Source: Macrostomum lignano (lineage: Eukaryota). From it: DNA of 64,000 nt. The position numbers and the translations under genes are program-made. Of this stretch, positions 1 through 10,290 are shown piece after piece (the first letter of the stretch is position 1; each line of letters begins with the position of its first letter). The notes under the pieces are model-generated. The model had not been told where the DNA came from, searched no databases, and was given only the letters and a program-made list of their open reading frames with translations. The DNA is taken from NCBI GenBank assembly GCA_002269645.1, contig NIVC01000137.1, positions 310,001-374,000 of the forward strand, read 5' to 3'.

Positions 1-132
1 AAAAGTAGAAGAGATTCTTAGAATAGATTTATATAATTCAACACTCACAACCAAGTCAATTGAGTTAAAGTCACACGAAGCTGTCATGACATAATTAATT
101 TCTTAGGCTTGTCTCTATTAAAGTTAGCAAAT

Positions 133-433
133 CGAAATGAGTATCGAAGTTCATCTTCGGCTGATAAGCTATTGGAGGGCGAAGGCGTATGTCTGGCTTC
201 GCAGGCGGCGAGGAATCTGGCGCTGACGGAGAGGAAACGGTGAGACGCTCTTCGAGCATCCGGTGAAGAGAAGCCAAGGTTTGAGTTAGCAAGAGCTGCT
301 CACTAGGAGCTGGCGCAGCGGCAGCAGCTGCTCCTGCGAGCTGTTCGCCGGCATCGACTGCGTCCTGGCCTGGCCCGACGGCATCTCCGTCAGCCAATGA
401 CACTGCGGCGTGGTTTTCCCCGTTGTCGGACAT
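133..433 (-). pseudogene. gag: Gag N-terminal fragment (MSDNGENH...RPPIAYQPKMNFDTHF), truncated
   Basis: ORF 95..433. RPPIAYQPKMNF resembles RPNKYVPTQDF in the intact element's Gag. It runs into AT-rich host repeat at ~133. Confidence 0.55.
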
Positions 434-1051
434 TGTGCAAGATTGAGTGAGACGAATGAAACAAGCGTGAACGAAAATAAGGTTCCAGAGAAAACGAATT
501 GAGGTTGATGACGCGAGAGAGACGAGAGAGATTGCGTCCTACTAATAAAAATACGTGCCTGACAGGGGCAAACCACAAAAAGCCTAGAATAGGGGAGAGT
601 CCTATCACGCAAACCACCCAGACTAACTGTCAGGCAATAGTCCCTACAAACAATTAGCGCACGGCGTAACCTGGCGTGGCTTGGCACACGCAGCGGAGCT
701 ATTTTGGCAGAGCGTAAGCTCGAGCTCAACGCAGTTGGCAGCTTGCGTTGCTCAGGGCGACGACCAGCGCTGACTAGCGACGACAGCCCCTGACGTGGCA
801 CAGGCTCTCGCAGCCTTGCGGACCGACCCTCAGGCGTGGCACAGGCTCTCGCAGCCTTGCGGACCGACCCTCAGACGTGGCAGACCGGCACTCAGTCACA
901 AGCCGGCAGAGCTGGGCAGGAGTCTCGCTGGCGCTTGGTTGCGAGTTGGCAGGGCTGAGCAGAAGTCTTGATGGCGCTTGACGGCGAACTGGCAGTGCTG
1001 AGCATAAGTCTTGGTGGCGCTTAGTTGCAAGCCGGCAGTGCTGAGCAGGAG

Positions 1052-1068
1052 TCTCGGTGGGACCTCCA
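1052..1068 (-). promoter_or_regulatory. Primer-binding site complementary to tRNA-Gln 3' end
   Basis: Minus strand TGGAGGTCCCACCGAGA, matching the ...TCTCGGTGGGACCT-CCA 3' end of eukaryotic tRNA-Gln; 7 nt from the LTR end. Confidence 0.75.
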
Positions 1069-1075
1069 AAAATTA

Positions 1076-1783
1076 TGTCACGAGTTTTGTCGTGGTGAAG
1101 AAATACTAGTTAAGACAACACGGCGGTTTGTAGCGGTAGCACTGGCAATATCGCGGCAACAAGTTGACCGTAGGCTTGTTTATTTGAGTAGTAGTCGGAT
1201 TGCCACGAAGGTTAACAGTTCAATATAGTGGACTACTGTACTGGGCACTGGCGGCAGCGCAACAATAAGTTGAGTTAAGTTGAAGGCGGTTGAGCACGAT
1301 GAAGGTGATCCCAAGTGGCGAATGATGGCAGTGAGCAAACAGTGCGGTGGCACTAGAATAGACAGGCAGTGGAAAGGCGTAAACAGGTCTGGCTGGCGAG
1401 ACGGGCCCAGACAGGGTGGGACGTGGCGAGAGATAAGGAGAGAGAAGGAAAACGAAAGGCCACAAGGGGTGAGGAGGCCCCCAGCCCGCCGCCAGGCGGA
1501 GGTTAATAAAGAGCGCAGAAGGGTTGGCATAATACACGCGGAGAGTTTTCATTGGCTGGCGGGGAAAAAAAACAAAAACTTGAAATTATCGATCGTGCTA
1601 GATTTTACAGACGAACGCAAGGTTTACCAAATACACAGTGAATTAGCGATTGATACAGATTCGTTGGGCGCTACTACAAGTAAGCGTGAGAATAAACTAT
1701 TGGAGAATTTTAACCGAGAAATTGTAGTGAAATTGCAGTCCAACGGCCCTTTTACGGGACCCCCTTATGCTAGCAACGTCACA
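1076..1783 (-). repeat. 5' LTR of the truncated element (~708 bp)
   Basis: TG...CA termini with 6/7 inverted match, AATAAA on minus near 1180, adjacent PBS; no second LTR in the window. Confidence 0.6.
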
Positions 1784-2199
1784 GGGTTACGCAATATAAA
1801 TCAAGTGTTGTGCTATGCTTCCACACTGCGTTTTCAATACTGTGACGCAATTCAATTCAGTGTCAAAATTAAGCCAGTACACAGACGATAAATAAAAAGT
1901 CTATTGTGATGATGCAATCTATTTCAGAATCAGAATTCAACTAGTCAGTTTTTTCTCTAGCATTCTTACAATGCATTTCAAGTCGAAAAGTTAGCTTGAA
2001 ATTTGCAAAAAAGCATATTTTTCGAATATTTAATCCCTTTAGCATCCAGCAATTTCTTAGCCACGATGCATGTACCGTCACGAAAAAATTTCTGATCGAA
2101 TGGTGCAAGTTTGAACATAATCGGTTGAGCCATTCAGGAGATAATCGATTGCGCACAAGCAAACATACAAACAACTCATTTTTAGTATATTGGACTAGC

Positions 2200-3400
2200 C
2201 AATCTCAACCCCCGTTGGGGCTTTCCGTCCAAACTCCAACCACAGTTTTCCCCATCCACAAAATCCCCGATGCAAAGAATCTCACATGCAAGGAATTCCC
2301 CATCCAAAGAACCCCCATCAATAGAATCACCGATCCGAAGAATTCCCCATTCAATGAATCCTCTACTCAAGAAATCCACGATCTACAGAAGCCCCCTATC
2401 TAAAGAATCCCCATCCAAAGAGTCCCTCATCCACAGAATCCCCATCCAAAGGATCCCTCATCCACAGAATCCAAATATAAAGAATCCTCCATCCATCCCT
2501 ATTCAAAGAATCCCCCCATCCATCCCTATCCAAAGAATTTCCCCATCCATTTCTACCTAAAGAATCCCCCATCCATCCATACCCAAAGAATCCCCCCAAT
2601 GAATCTCCATCCAAATAATTCACATCATAATCCCAATCTAAATAAACCATAGATCTCCCATCTAGATAATCCCCATCAAAGAAATAATTGGCCAAAGAAT
2701 TCCCTCATCTAAAGAACCCCGTCCGAATAATCTCCATATAAAGAATCCAAAGAATATCCCATCCAAATAATCCCCCTATTATTAGAATTCTTGGCCAAAG
2801 AATCCCCTCATCTAAAGAACCCCCGTCCAAATGACCCCCATCTAACGAATCCTTCATCTAAAGAATCAACCATTTGAAAAAACCTTCATAAAAACAATGC
2901 CCCATCAAAAGAATTCCTTTATGAATCACCTATCCAAAAATCCCTCATCCATCCCTATTCAAAGAATCCCCCCATCCATCCCTATCCAAAGAATTTCCCC
3001 ATCCATTTCTACCTAAAGAATCCCCCATCCATCCATACCCAAAGAATCCCCCCCAGCATCCCTCAATTAAAAGCATCCCTCATCCAAAGAATCATCAATC
3101 CATAGAATTCCCCCCAAGACTTAACATCTCAGCAATTCCCCCAAGCCTCGACACTTCAGAAAATTCCCCCAAGCTTTGACATCTTACCAATTTCTCCCCG
3201 TCCGAAGCCTTGACATCTCAGCAGTCCTACAAGTAAGCCTCTATATCTCAGTTATTCCCTGAGTAAGCCTTTATATCTCAGTAACTCCCCTTGTAAGTCT
3301 TGACATCTTAGCAATTTCTCCCCGTCCAAAGCCTTGACATCTCAACAGTTCCCCATTAAGCCTTGAAATCTCAGCAATTCCCCTCCCCAAGACTTGACAT
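2200..3400. repeat. Degenerate AAGAATCCCCCATCC / CTTGACATCTCAGCAATTCCC repeat block, copy 1 (continues 12041-12310 after the Gypsy)
   Basis: Same motif order recurs at 12311-13755. Confidence 0.8.
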
Positions 3401-4100
3401 TGTTGAGTATCGGCCTAATGGCCGCTGGACGGGTCAAGGTTCGGGCCCTCCCCGCCTGAGACACCCCTGTCCCAGCCCTCACCCCGGCTATTCCTACCCT
3501 GTCTCACTCGGTTCGGCGAGAGTTCGCCTGACCGAACACCCTGGGATCGGCGAGAGTTCACCGTTCCCAGGTCCCTGCAGATCCCGGCCCCACGCGGCAA
3601 CCCAGAAGAACGAAAGCTCGAGCTCACCTCCTCTTGATATATCGAGTTACTAACGAAGCGTTTATTGGCCCGAAGCAGTTATTGGCACGCGAAGGCAGAG
3701 GTACGCCGATGAACGCAAAAACAGTAAGAACGAAGCGGACACCAATAGAGAGCAAACGTGGAGCGCAGCCCGCTCAGGGCTAGCATTTAAATAATACACA
3801 AAAAAGGGGGAGGGGTGGGGCAGAATGGAGACGGCGAGCCAAACCCTGGGGCCCAGCCGGCTTATCAGCCAGCCAGCCAATACGAGCAGCCCCAAGGTGA
3901 GGCGGGCAACGAGGGAGGGGGGGGCACCCAGATTGGACAGAGATTGGGCCGGGGGCTGGGTGCAAAGGGCTAGGCCAGGGTTGAGACTTACGCCTCTCAC
4001 AAACCCTGGCCCGGGCGCGAGACGGGGGACGGGGCGGGGTGGCATGAAAACTGAAAACAAAAGTACGAGTACATACACACTGGAAGGGCGCAGCCCAACA
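3401..4100 (-). repeat. 3' LTR
   Basis: Direct repeat of 11341-12040 (offset 7940); one mismatch seen (3895 A vs 11835 G). Confidence 0.98.
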
Positions 4101-4112
4101 TCCTCCCCCTCC
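4101..4112 (-). promoter_or_regulatory. Polypurine tract
   Basis: GGAGGGGGAGGA on minus, abutting the 3' LTR. Confidence 0.9.
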
Positions 4113-4339
4113 AAGAAAAAGAAGAGGAGAAAGGGGATGTCAAGCAAAAAGCAACGCATGAACAAGCAAGTCTGAAAAAAGTTAATTCAAAAAACGACGG
4201 CCGAAAAATAACAGAAAAACTTTGACGCGACGCGTGGATATCGCCGGCATTACAAAAAACAAAAACGAAAAAATGAAAACGGGACACAAACTATTGCGTA
4301 CGCAAAAATTGAAAACGGGCTTAAGAACGCAATTCTACT

Positions 4340-5782
4340 CTACAATCGGCCAAAAAATCTACTACAGTTGGTCGCAAACAGTCGAGTCCAGTACCTGCGA
4401 TCACATTCACTGTCCGCTAGGGCTTCCGGCACGAACTTGATGGCTGTCGGGTCCTTGGGGTCTCCACCAAACGGTGCGGCCGATGTCACTAGCAGGCGCT
4501 GCCGCGGGAGACGCTTAGCCCGTTGGACCGCTCGCGGGGATCCTCGGCACCGAGCGGACACCTCGAAGAAGACCCCGTGGCACTTGCTCACCAGCGCGGC
4601 CTCGACGGCCTCCGGCAAGTCCAGGTCCTCGGCCAGCATGACGCTCATCGCTTGAAACTCCGGCTGCCGGAGGAATCCTAGGGCGACCGCCCAGGCAGGT
4701 TCGCCGCCTTCAACTCGGAACAAAACCGGCAGGCCGAACTCCTTGGCAAGCAAGAACTGCTCCATCGCCGCCGTTAACTGGTCCTGGCGCTGCGACCTCT
4801 CAGCGTCCCAATTGAGCTCGACTTCGCCGACCGCCACGACACGCGGCCAGCTACCCGCTAGAAATCGTCGTACATCGTCTCGCAGCGATGGCCACCACGG
4901 TGCAGCACTGGCCTTCAGGCCCAGGGCGAACACGATCCGTCGGTCTTGCAGCAGTGGTCGGACAACGGGACATTCTAGACGCAGGCAGTACGGCGAGTTT
5001 ACAGCCGCTAGACATCGACGCACGCCACGAAGGTCCTCGGGCTGAATCGACCGGCCCAGCCTCGTTAGGTATGCCTTTGCATCGACGAGACGCTTAGCCG
5101 AGCTGACCTTGCGCTGATTCGGGTCGTCACGGGGGGAGACCTCCTGGACCGTGTCGGCCGGTCGTACTTGCTCGGGGTCGACACCCGTTAACTCTTCGGT
5201 CGCCAAGTCGCGCTGGGCCGTCAGCGGAGTCTGCGAAAGGTGCGGCCCGTCACTCCCCTCCTCCGGGCGCCGCGCGAGGCCAGGATCCACTAAGAGAGAC
5301 AGACCCCGGAGCCTCCCCAACAAGGGACCCCCCAACTCACACAGCTCAAAACCCCGCACAGCCAACAACACGCACTCAAACGCCGCCTGCAGCACCGAAG
5401 GCGGGACCCTCCGACACCTCCCGGAACCACCACCAGAACCTCTCTTCCGCCCATACTGATTGCACAGAAACGACACAGACACTGCTAAGAATCTAGACAA
5501 CTGCTCAGGCACACTCACACCAGCCCCATCAAGAAACCTCGCCACCTCCTGAACCACCAGGCAAGCTCCTTCACTATCCCCAGCCCTCAACCGCGCCAGC
5601 AGCGCACCCCTCAGCCGCCTACACTCAGCAAGCGCAGCCGGAGCCAATAACTCGGCTGGGATCTCCGCGTGAACTGGAGCTTCCCCTGCGGCGCTTCCCT
5701 TAAGACTAGCCAAAGCTAACCTGACCTGCTCGGGCAACTCAACGTCAGGGGGAGGATTGAAAAAGTAGGCGTACTTTAACAC
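4340..5782 (-). CDS. ORF3 main part: helical region plus C-terminal TatD-like TIM barrel (aa ~231-480) with most metal ligands substituted
   Basis: 480-codon ORF. Motifs LVDAKAYL, VFALGLKA, VVAVGEVELN, LAKEFGLPVLF, LPRQRLLVTSAAPF and TNCSRFF align in order with TatD IDxHxH, GxHP, AIGExGLD, LAxExxLPVxIH, IPxDRLLxETDxP and NxxRLF. Confidence 0.8.
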   Translation of the reverse strand: MLKYAYFFNPPPDVELPEQVRLALASLKGSAAGEAPVHAEIPAELLAPAALAECRRLRGALLARLRAGDSEGACLVVQEVARFLDGAGVSVPEQLSRFLAVSVSFLCNQYGRKRGSGGGSGRCRRVPPSVLQAAFECVLLAVRGFELCELGGPLLGRLRGLSLLVDPGLARRPEEGSDGPHLSQTPLTAQRDLATEELTGVDPEQVRPADTVQEVSPRDDPNQRKVSSAKRLVDAKAYLTRLGRSIQPEDLRGVRRCLAAVNSPYCLRLECPVVRPLLQDRRIVFALGLKASAAPWWPSLRDDVRRFLAGSWPRVVAVGEVELNWDAERSQRQDQLTAAMEQFLLAKEFGLPVLFRVEGGEPAWAVALGFLRQPEFQAMSVMLAEDLDLPEAVEAALVSKCHGVFFEVSARCRGSPRAVQRAKRLPRQRLLVTSAAPFGGDPKDPTAIKFVPEALADSECDRRYWTRLFATNCSRFFGRL

Positions 5783-6015
5783 CCCTTGACACGCTGCCTC
5801 CCAACCCGATCGTATACTTCCCGAAACACTGGGTCAGATAAAACGCACATCGCCATCACGTCTCGCTGAGACTCCGGAGACTCTACCTCGGCAGGACAGA
5901 CGCGGGGCCGCTTTGAGTACAGACGACTACACGCTGCCTCAATCTCCGCAGAGTTAGCAGTCCGACCCACGCCTAACACGCCATACAAATCAGTCGGTGT
6001 CGTTGGCGACGACAT
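5776..6015 (-). CDS. ORF3 N-terminal part: DnaJ/J-domain-like module without HPD; probably fused to 4340..5782 across a 1-nt break
   Basis: DLYGVLGVGRTANSAEIEAAC...VLSDPVFREVYDRVG matches J-domain helix I/II and helix IV patterns. ATG at 6015; overlaps the next ORF at a GGGG run. Confidence 0.7.
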   Translation of the reverse strand: MSSPTTPTDLYGVLGVGRTANSAEIEAACSRLYSKRPRVCPAEVESPESQRDVMAMCVLSDPVFREVYDRVGRQRVKGC

Positions 6016-6352
6016 GGTCCTCCTGCAATGATGACATTTAAACCCAATCACTACCTATGCCTTGCGGACTAGCAACTGTGACCCTGACCTGACCCATCCT
6101 ATGACATGTTTATTTTACAATACGATTGAGAACGCTTCTTGCCTAGCATACTTTGTAATTTTAATACATTTAATGTTTTTTACGTGCTTTCCATGCGTTC
6201 CATTTTATGATTTTTTTGTGCTTTGGGGTTGTATCATTTTTTTCATTTTAGGTTATTTTAGGCTTTCTACCATAGACAACAGCGTGGAGGCATTAATACA
6301 AGTGCATATTAAAAATCAATTTATGACGACCGCCTTGTGAGCCCACTGCGAA

Positions 6353-9300
6353 TTAACGATACAATACCGGATTCCCGTAATACGCTGGGGGCACACCCCG
6401 ACGCTCGCGCAGTCTGCGCGGAGACACGGCTGGCGCCGCTGGAGCCACCGGTGCGCATGGCGCAACTGGCGTTCCCGGCCCTACTATCCCATGCCGAGGC
6501 CCAACGGCAACTGGTGGCACCACATACGAGTAAAACTCCTCCTCCTCCTCAAGTTCCGGCTCTTTAGTCGCCGGCCCCGCGGGCTCCTGTCTGCACCCTG
6601 CCGGCTCAGGCGGATGCGCCGACCGGCGCTGCACTGCCGTATGCCTATTCATCAACCTGAACTGCTCAGGCCGCTCGGGTACTTTTCGCAAATTATTATA
6701 ATGCACTATTTTGCTCTTTCCCCTATTGGCGTGCTTTACCCGGTAATTCAAATCGGATATCTTCTCTAACACCTTCGCCGGCCCCTTCCAATTGCAATGG
6801 AACTTGGCTGCCTCCCCTGCCTGCAGCGCAGGCGAGTATTCTAGGACGGCATCCCCACTTCTATGGCCGGGCCTCGCACCCTTGAGTCGTACAGCACTTT
6901 CTGTTTCCTCTGGTACTGCTGCAGGTTGGTCCGCACCTGCGAATGAGCCTCAGCCAGACTATTACCTAATGACTGAACATACGCCGGAGCACTGGCAGGA
7001 ATGGACTCAGGCAAGGTTCCGATGTCCACTGGAAGCCGCATCTCCCTGGCGTACAGCATGTAGTACGGGGTGTACCCCGTGCCTCTGTGAACGCTGCTAC
7101 GGTACGCCATGAGAGACGGGTGGATCAGATCCTCCCAGTCTCCTTCGCCCACCGACTCACTCATCCTGCACTTGATCATTGACTTCAACGTCTTATTGAA
7201 ACTCTCAGCCTGACCATCAGCCATCGGGTGATAGGAGGACGTTCTGCATTTCTTAACGGCAAGCAACCGACACAACTGCTTCATCAAAGCCGACTCAAAA
7301 TTGGTGCCCTTATCGGTGACTAGAAATTCAGGACAACCAAAGTGCGCAATCCAGTGATCAAAAATCGCTCGCGCCACCGTCGGGGCTCGCTGATTCGACA
7401 AGGGCACCGCCACCGGCCACTTAGTAAAAGAATCCTGGATTGTCAGCACGAATCGATTGCCACCTCTGGACTTGGGCAACGGCCCGACAATGTCACTCAT
7501 GATCCTCTGGAAAGCTCCTTCCGAGCAGATTGGCTGCAAAGGCGCCCGGTTGCTGCGCCCAGGCTTCGCCTTCGCACAGTGGACACAGCTCCGGCAATAC
7601 TCTTCCACGGAACGACTCAGCCCCGGCCACCAGTATCTCGCCTTCACTTTCTCTTGTGTCTTCCTAACCCCAAGGTGCCCTCCTGCAACCCCATCATGAA
7701 GCTCACTGAGCACTTTCGGCAGCAAAGCCGGCGGCAGCAAGATCTTTTTCTGGCACCCACTCCCGGGACTCTGAAAATACAACAGATCAGACTCTACTCT
7801 TATCAGCTGCCGTTGTGCCCACAGCACACGCTCCTCCCACGACATCACTCTAGGCGCACTGGGGTTCGAACCCGGGTCCAGGGCATAGGAGCGGACAGCT
7901 GCAAGCTTCTTCTCGGCCACTTGCGCCTGCTGGACTTCCTTCGAAGACAGCCCACTGCCAAACACCGCGTTCACTACTGGCACATTCTCGCTAAACTGGC
8001 AGCTAGGGCAGCTCTCATGGCCAGCGTGTTTTCGGTACTTGCGAGACAGCGAATCAGCGTTGCCGTGCTCCTTGCCTGGCCTGTGAATGATCTCAAAGTC
8101 GAAGTTCTGGAGCGACTCAAGCCACCTTGCGCACTGACCCTCTACGTCCTTCAGACTGGCTAGCCACTGCAAAGCTTTGTGGTCTGAACGAACAGTGAAC
8201 TTTCTACCTAACAAATAGTACCTATACTTTTTGACGAAGTGCACGACGGCAAGCAACTCTAACCTGGTGGTGCAATAATTTTTCTCCGCCGCATGAATCA
8301 TCCTAGACCCGTAAGCGATCACCTTCTCACGGCCATCTGCTTGACGCTGTGACAGGACGGCTCCCAGCCCGACGCGCGAACTGGCGTCCGTGTCGAGGAT
8401 GAACTCCCCGGCACCAGGCGAAAAATCCGGGAATGCCATCACATTCGGTGAACACAAAGCGTCTTTCAGCCTGCAAAACGAACTCTCCTCTTCACTACCC
8501 CACTCAAACTTCACTCCGTCTGCGGTTAACCTATACAGCGGCGCTGCAATCTCCGAAAACTGCGGGATAAATGACTGATAGTAGGCGCACGTACCCAGGA
8601 ATGCCTGCACCTTCTTGGCGCTACATGGCCTCGGCCAATTCTGGATCTCCTCGCACTTGCTCGGGTCCGTTGCGATCCCCTCCTGAGAGACGATGTGGCC
8701 CAGAAACTTCACCCGCTCTGCGAGGAACACACACTTGGCGGGCTTCAGCTTGACATTGGCATCCCTCAGGCACTGGAAAACATGCTTCAATCGCTCGAGA
8801 TGCTGACCCACCGACTTGGCGAACACGACTATATCGTCAAAGTACACCAGGCACTCCTTCCAGTTAACCTCAGACAGGGCCATAGACATTAGCCTGGCGA
8901 ACGTAGCGGGAGCATTGCGCAAGCCAAAACTCATGCACTTCCAGGCGAACTGACCCCTGTTGGGTACCACGAACGCCGTTTTCAACTGGTCCTTCGGCTC
9001 AATCGGGCACTGATGATAGCCGGAGGCCAGATCCATCGTCGAGAAAACACAGTTCCCTCCTAGCGCATCAAGCGTCTCGTCCATCCGCGGCGGTGGGTAA
9101 GGATCTGGCACTGTGACCTCGTTAAGGCGCCGATAGTCTAGACACAACCTCAAGCTACCGTCGGCCTTTTTAACCGGCACGATCGGGCTCGCCCACGGAG
9201 AGTAGCAGGGATAGATGCGATCCTGCTGCAACAACTCATCAACCTGCTTATCAATTTCCTCCTTCCAGCGCGGTGGAATCCTACGCGCGGGCTGACTTAC

Positions 9301-10290
9301 TGGCTTGGCGTTGCCGGTGTCAATCTCATGCGCCATCAAGTGTGACTGTCCCAACTCCGAGCTATCCCTGGCAAAGACATCACGATTCCGAGCCATCAGG
9401 CGCTCAAACTCGTGCTTCTCATCGCCCGTCAGGCCACATCCTCCCCACTCCTTGACATCGCTGAGGGGGTTCCAGTCGTCTCGGACACTCTCCACCGAGT
9501 TCACCTGCCACCCAGCTGGCTGCTGGGCCGCCACTGGGGAGAACCAACCAATTCGGCTTCCCTTCCTTAATGACAGACTGCATCCTGACGTGTTCAACAC
9601 CCTGACAGCCAAGCGACCGTCCCCGTCAGGCATCTGTACCGATCTGGCCACCATCTGCTCGTTACTCACTCTCCTCTCAGACTCCACAATGCCTAGGAAC
9701 TGAACCCCAGAGGGAACCCTTCTCTGCAACCTGACGTGCACCACCTTCTCTTGACCTGCATTGAACTGCTCAGGCTGACTCAGCACCAGACGGCAAAGAC
9801 GCGGCTTATCTGCTGATAAGCGAAACGGATACACACAGGATGCAGTCTGCAAGCAATTCCTAGCAAAGTCAATCGCCATCCCGTGTCTCACGAAAAAGTC
9901 AGTGCCCAGAATACATGCCACAGCCAGTTCCTCGACCACAGCGAACTCGTGCAAAAACTCGGTGTCCCCAACAGAAAACTTCATCGTCACCATTCCATGT
10001 ACAGCAATCGGTTCCCCATTGGCAGCGAAAACGGAAAAATTCGGCAAATTCGGCAATAAGTCAATGTCGGCTTTTTTAGACTTCAGGAAACGGTTGCTTA
10101 ACAACGACACGGTGGCCCCGCTGTCAAGCAGACATGCAATCGGGGGCCCAAACCTAAACTGTGCATCCACATAGCCCAGTCCCTGCCGACTCAGCACACT
10201 CTGGGACAAGGCCGCGGCCCCCGATGCACCCGGATTCACTGACGCTGGGGCCCGGACGGGTGCCCCGGCCGAGCCCCCAATCCGTTTCCC
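6353..10290 (-). CDS. pol: Pol: aspartic protease, reverse transcriptase, RNase H, integrase; 1-nt break near 6855
   Basis: LLDSGATVS; LRLCLDYRRLN, YFDDIVVF; ILDTDAS, HGNADSLSR; GGHLG..C..C, DIVGPL, TDKGTNF. ORF 6841..10350 continues in ORF 6353..6772 (KFHCNWKGPAKVLEKISDLNYRV). Confidence 0.97.
10226..10290 (-). promoter_or_regulatory. -1 programmed ribosomal frameshift signal (G GGA AAC, 6-nt spacer, H-type pseudoknot)
   Basis: Heptamer 10284-10290 is in the gag frame and pol is in the -1 frame. Stem 1 GGGGCUCGG/CCGGGCCCC, stem 2 GCACCCG/CGGGUGC. Confidence 0.85.

Larger units (their letters stand above)
133..1783 (-). mobile_element. 3'-truncated LTR retrotransposon (Gypsy-like): 5' LTR, PBS, repetitive leader, gag N-terminus
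   Basis: LTR-like 1076-1783 with TGTGAC...GTGACA ends on minus, a PBS at 1052-1068 and a gag-like ORF. The flanks rejoin the host repeat seen uninterrupted near 18380-18410 (gttagcaat|ggttacg). Confidence 0.7.

Noticed and set aside
4340-6015. ORF3 as an envelope gene
   Set aside because: No signal peptide, transmembrane helix or furin cleavage motif; the C-terminus matches a TatD barrel instead.
7342-8163. 273-aa plus-strand ORF and other ORFs antisense to gag/pol or in LTRs
   Set aside because: Shadow ORFs of GC-rich coding sequence with no motifs.
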